DNA of 64,000 nt from Amoebidium appalachense. Its lineage: Eukaryota; Protista; Ichthyosporea. Every line of letters begins with the position of its first letter. Within the stretch, counting starts at the first letter, position 1. Below are positions 63,085-64,000 of the stretch, in pieces. The translations under genes and the position numbers were made by a program. Where the stretch lies: positions 6,325,794 to 6,389,793 of the forward strand of contig CAVNZM010000010.1 of NCBI GenBank assembly GCA_963693365.1, in the 5' to 3' direction. Under the pieces are notes generated by a model. The model saw nothing but the letters and a program-made list of their open reading frames with translations. It did no database searches and was not told where the DNA came from.

Positions 63085-63571
63085 CACACGCACACACACA
63101 CACGCACACACACACAAACACACACACAAAAAGTGAAACGTTTGTGTGTTCATTAAAATGTGCACGTGCACAGGCTGACACACAAGCATGTAAGAATATT
63201 TAAACCAACCACCGCATCTCCCATTTTAAACAAAATTGAGGTTGATCCGATTAAGGATTCCAAATTGCCCTGGCGCCACCTAAGAAATTATCGAACTTAT
63301 CAAGCGATCGAGGGAGTGACGTCATTATGGGAACAGTGTGCCCGAGTGACGTCACTCCCTCGATCGCTTGATAAGTTCGATAATTTCTTAGGTGGCGCCA
63401 GGGCAATTTGGAATCATTAATCGGATCAACCTCAATTTTGTTAAAAATGGGAGATGCGGTGGTTGGCTTAGCGCTGCGGGCATATGTTCAAGCCGGCAAG
63501 TCGGCAAGTAGGGAAGCTCATGTGCACACGCTCAGACACATGCACGTTCATACACTAACACCCATCCACAT

Positions 63572-63618
<47 letters not shown>

Positions 63619-63620
63619 CA

Positions 63621-63671
<51 letters not shown>

Positions 63672-63799
63672 ACACTCACACACACACACAAACATATCAG
63701 ATGTGGGAGCACCAATCGTGTGTTAAGGTGTCAGGCTCATCAGCAGATAACCAGATGATGCACGTATGCCCGTTGTGCCGGGGTGAGCCCATGCGATCG
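58958..63799 (+). CDS. GRDP-like domain + acidic linker + PHD finger protein (3' incomplete; continues beyond the window)
   Basis: Exons 58958-59797 (CAG|GTAGGG), 60898-60973 (G|GTGAGT), 62212-62327 (AAT|GTGAGT), 63701-63799 (TCG|GTAAGT); phases 0/1/0 match. Exon 1 has [53 protein letters not shown] (glycine-rich-domain-protein-like pattern). Exons 3+4 join into [29 protein letters not shown], a C4HC3 PHD finger. Confidence 0.8.
60600..60741. mobile_element. Small MITE-like inverted-repeat element in an intron
   Basis: TGAGGGGGGTTCTTTT..TCGGGTCAGACC pairs imperfectly with GGCCTGACCCGA..AAAAGGAACCCCCTTCA. No clear TSD. Confidence 0.4.
62313..62968 (+). repeat. ~28-unit minisatellite (20-bp and 28-bp variants) made from an exon/splice-donor junction
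   Basis: Unit TGTACTGTGTGCAAT-GTG(A/G)G, with or without TGCCC(T/C)GG. The first unit is the exon end (C-T-V-C-N) plus the GTGAGT donor. Confidence 0.92.
63203..63468. mobile_element. Near-perfect palindromic MITE (~120-bp arms, ~22-nt loop) with TA flanks
   Basis: A(A)CCAACCACCGCATCTCCCATTTT...GAGGGAGTGACGTCA / TGACGTCACTCCCTC...AAAATGGGAGATGCGGTGGTTGG(C)T with only a few mismatches; TA at 63201-63202 and 63469-63470. Confidence 0.85.
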
Positions 63800-63893
63800 G
63801 TAAGTGGTGTTCCCTGCACCCTTCATATGCTTTCATGCTTCTTGGTTCCCGTCTTTTTTTTTTTTTTTTTTTTTTTAATTCCTTCCCCCCCTT

Positions 63894-63934
<41 letters not shown>

Positions 63935-64000
63935 CCCCCTCTCCCCCTTTCACCGGCAGACCCTTCCTTTTCTTGCTTTGGAGATGAACGGGGAGGAACG

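Noticed and set aside
62284-63203. Cys-rich, metallothionein-like ORFs on both strands
   Set aside because: Products of the 20/28-bp minisatellite; the gene frame stops at 62433 and the PHD finger is completed by splicing to 63701.

Overview
Eukaryotic, intron-rich genomic DNA full of homopolymer runs (poly-C/G/A/T) and (CA)n/(CT)n microsatellites. Most ORFs in the supplied track are low-complexity artefacts; the real genes had to be assembled exon by exon from splice sites and phases. Gene content suggests an opisthokont, possibly a unicellular holozoan (inference only). Five spliced genes are supported: (1) the APC/C activator Cdh1/FZR1 (-, 1461-11070); (2) an SH3-DH-PH RhoGEF with a C-terminal Bem1-like PX domain (-, ~13379-32121); (3) a 16-exon phosphonoacetate hydrolase (PhnA) with a mitochondrial-type presequence (+, 33123-45819), divergent from gene 2; (4) a Tribbles-like pseudokinase with a COP1-type DQxVP tail and an apparent +1 frameshift (+, 50262-52575); (5) a GRDP-like + PHD-finger gene running off the right end (+, from 58958). 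Mobile DNA includes 3' fragments of three related non-LTR retrotransposon families (one convergent pair, one head-to-head pair), a structured ~420-450 bp element found three times inside intronic poly-C tracts, and several MITE-like palindromes. The most unusual signals are a ~28-unit minisatellite built from an exon/5'-splice-site junction inside a PHD finger, the poly-C-associated element, the GEF/Bem1-PX fusion, the intron-rich PhnA, and a CRE-motif array directly behind the Tribbles stop codon. All exon models are manual and lack transcript support.
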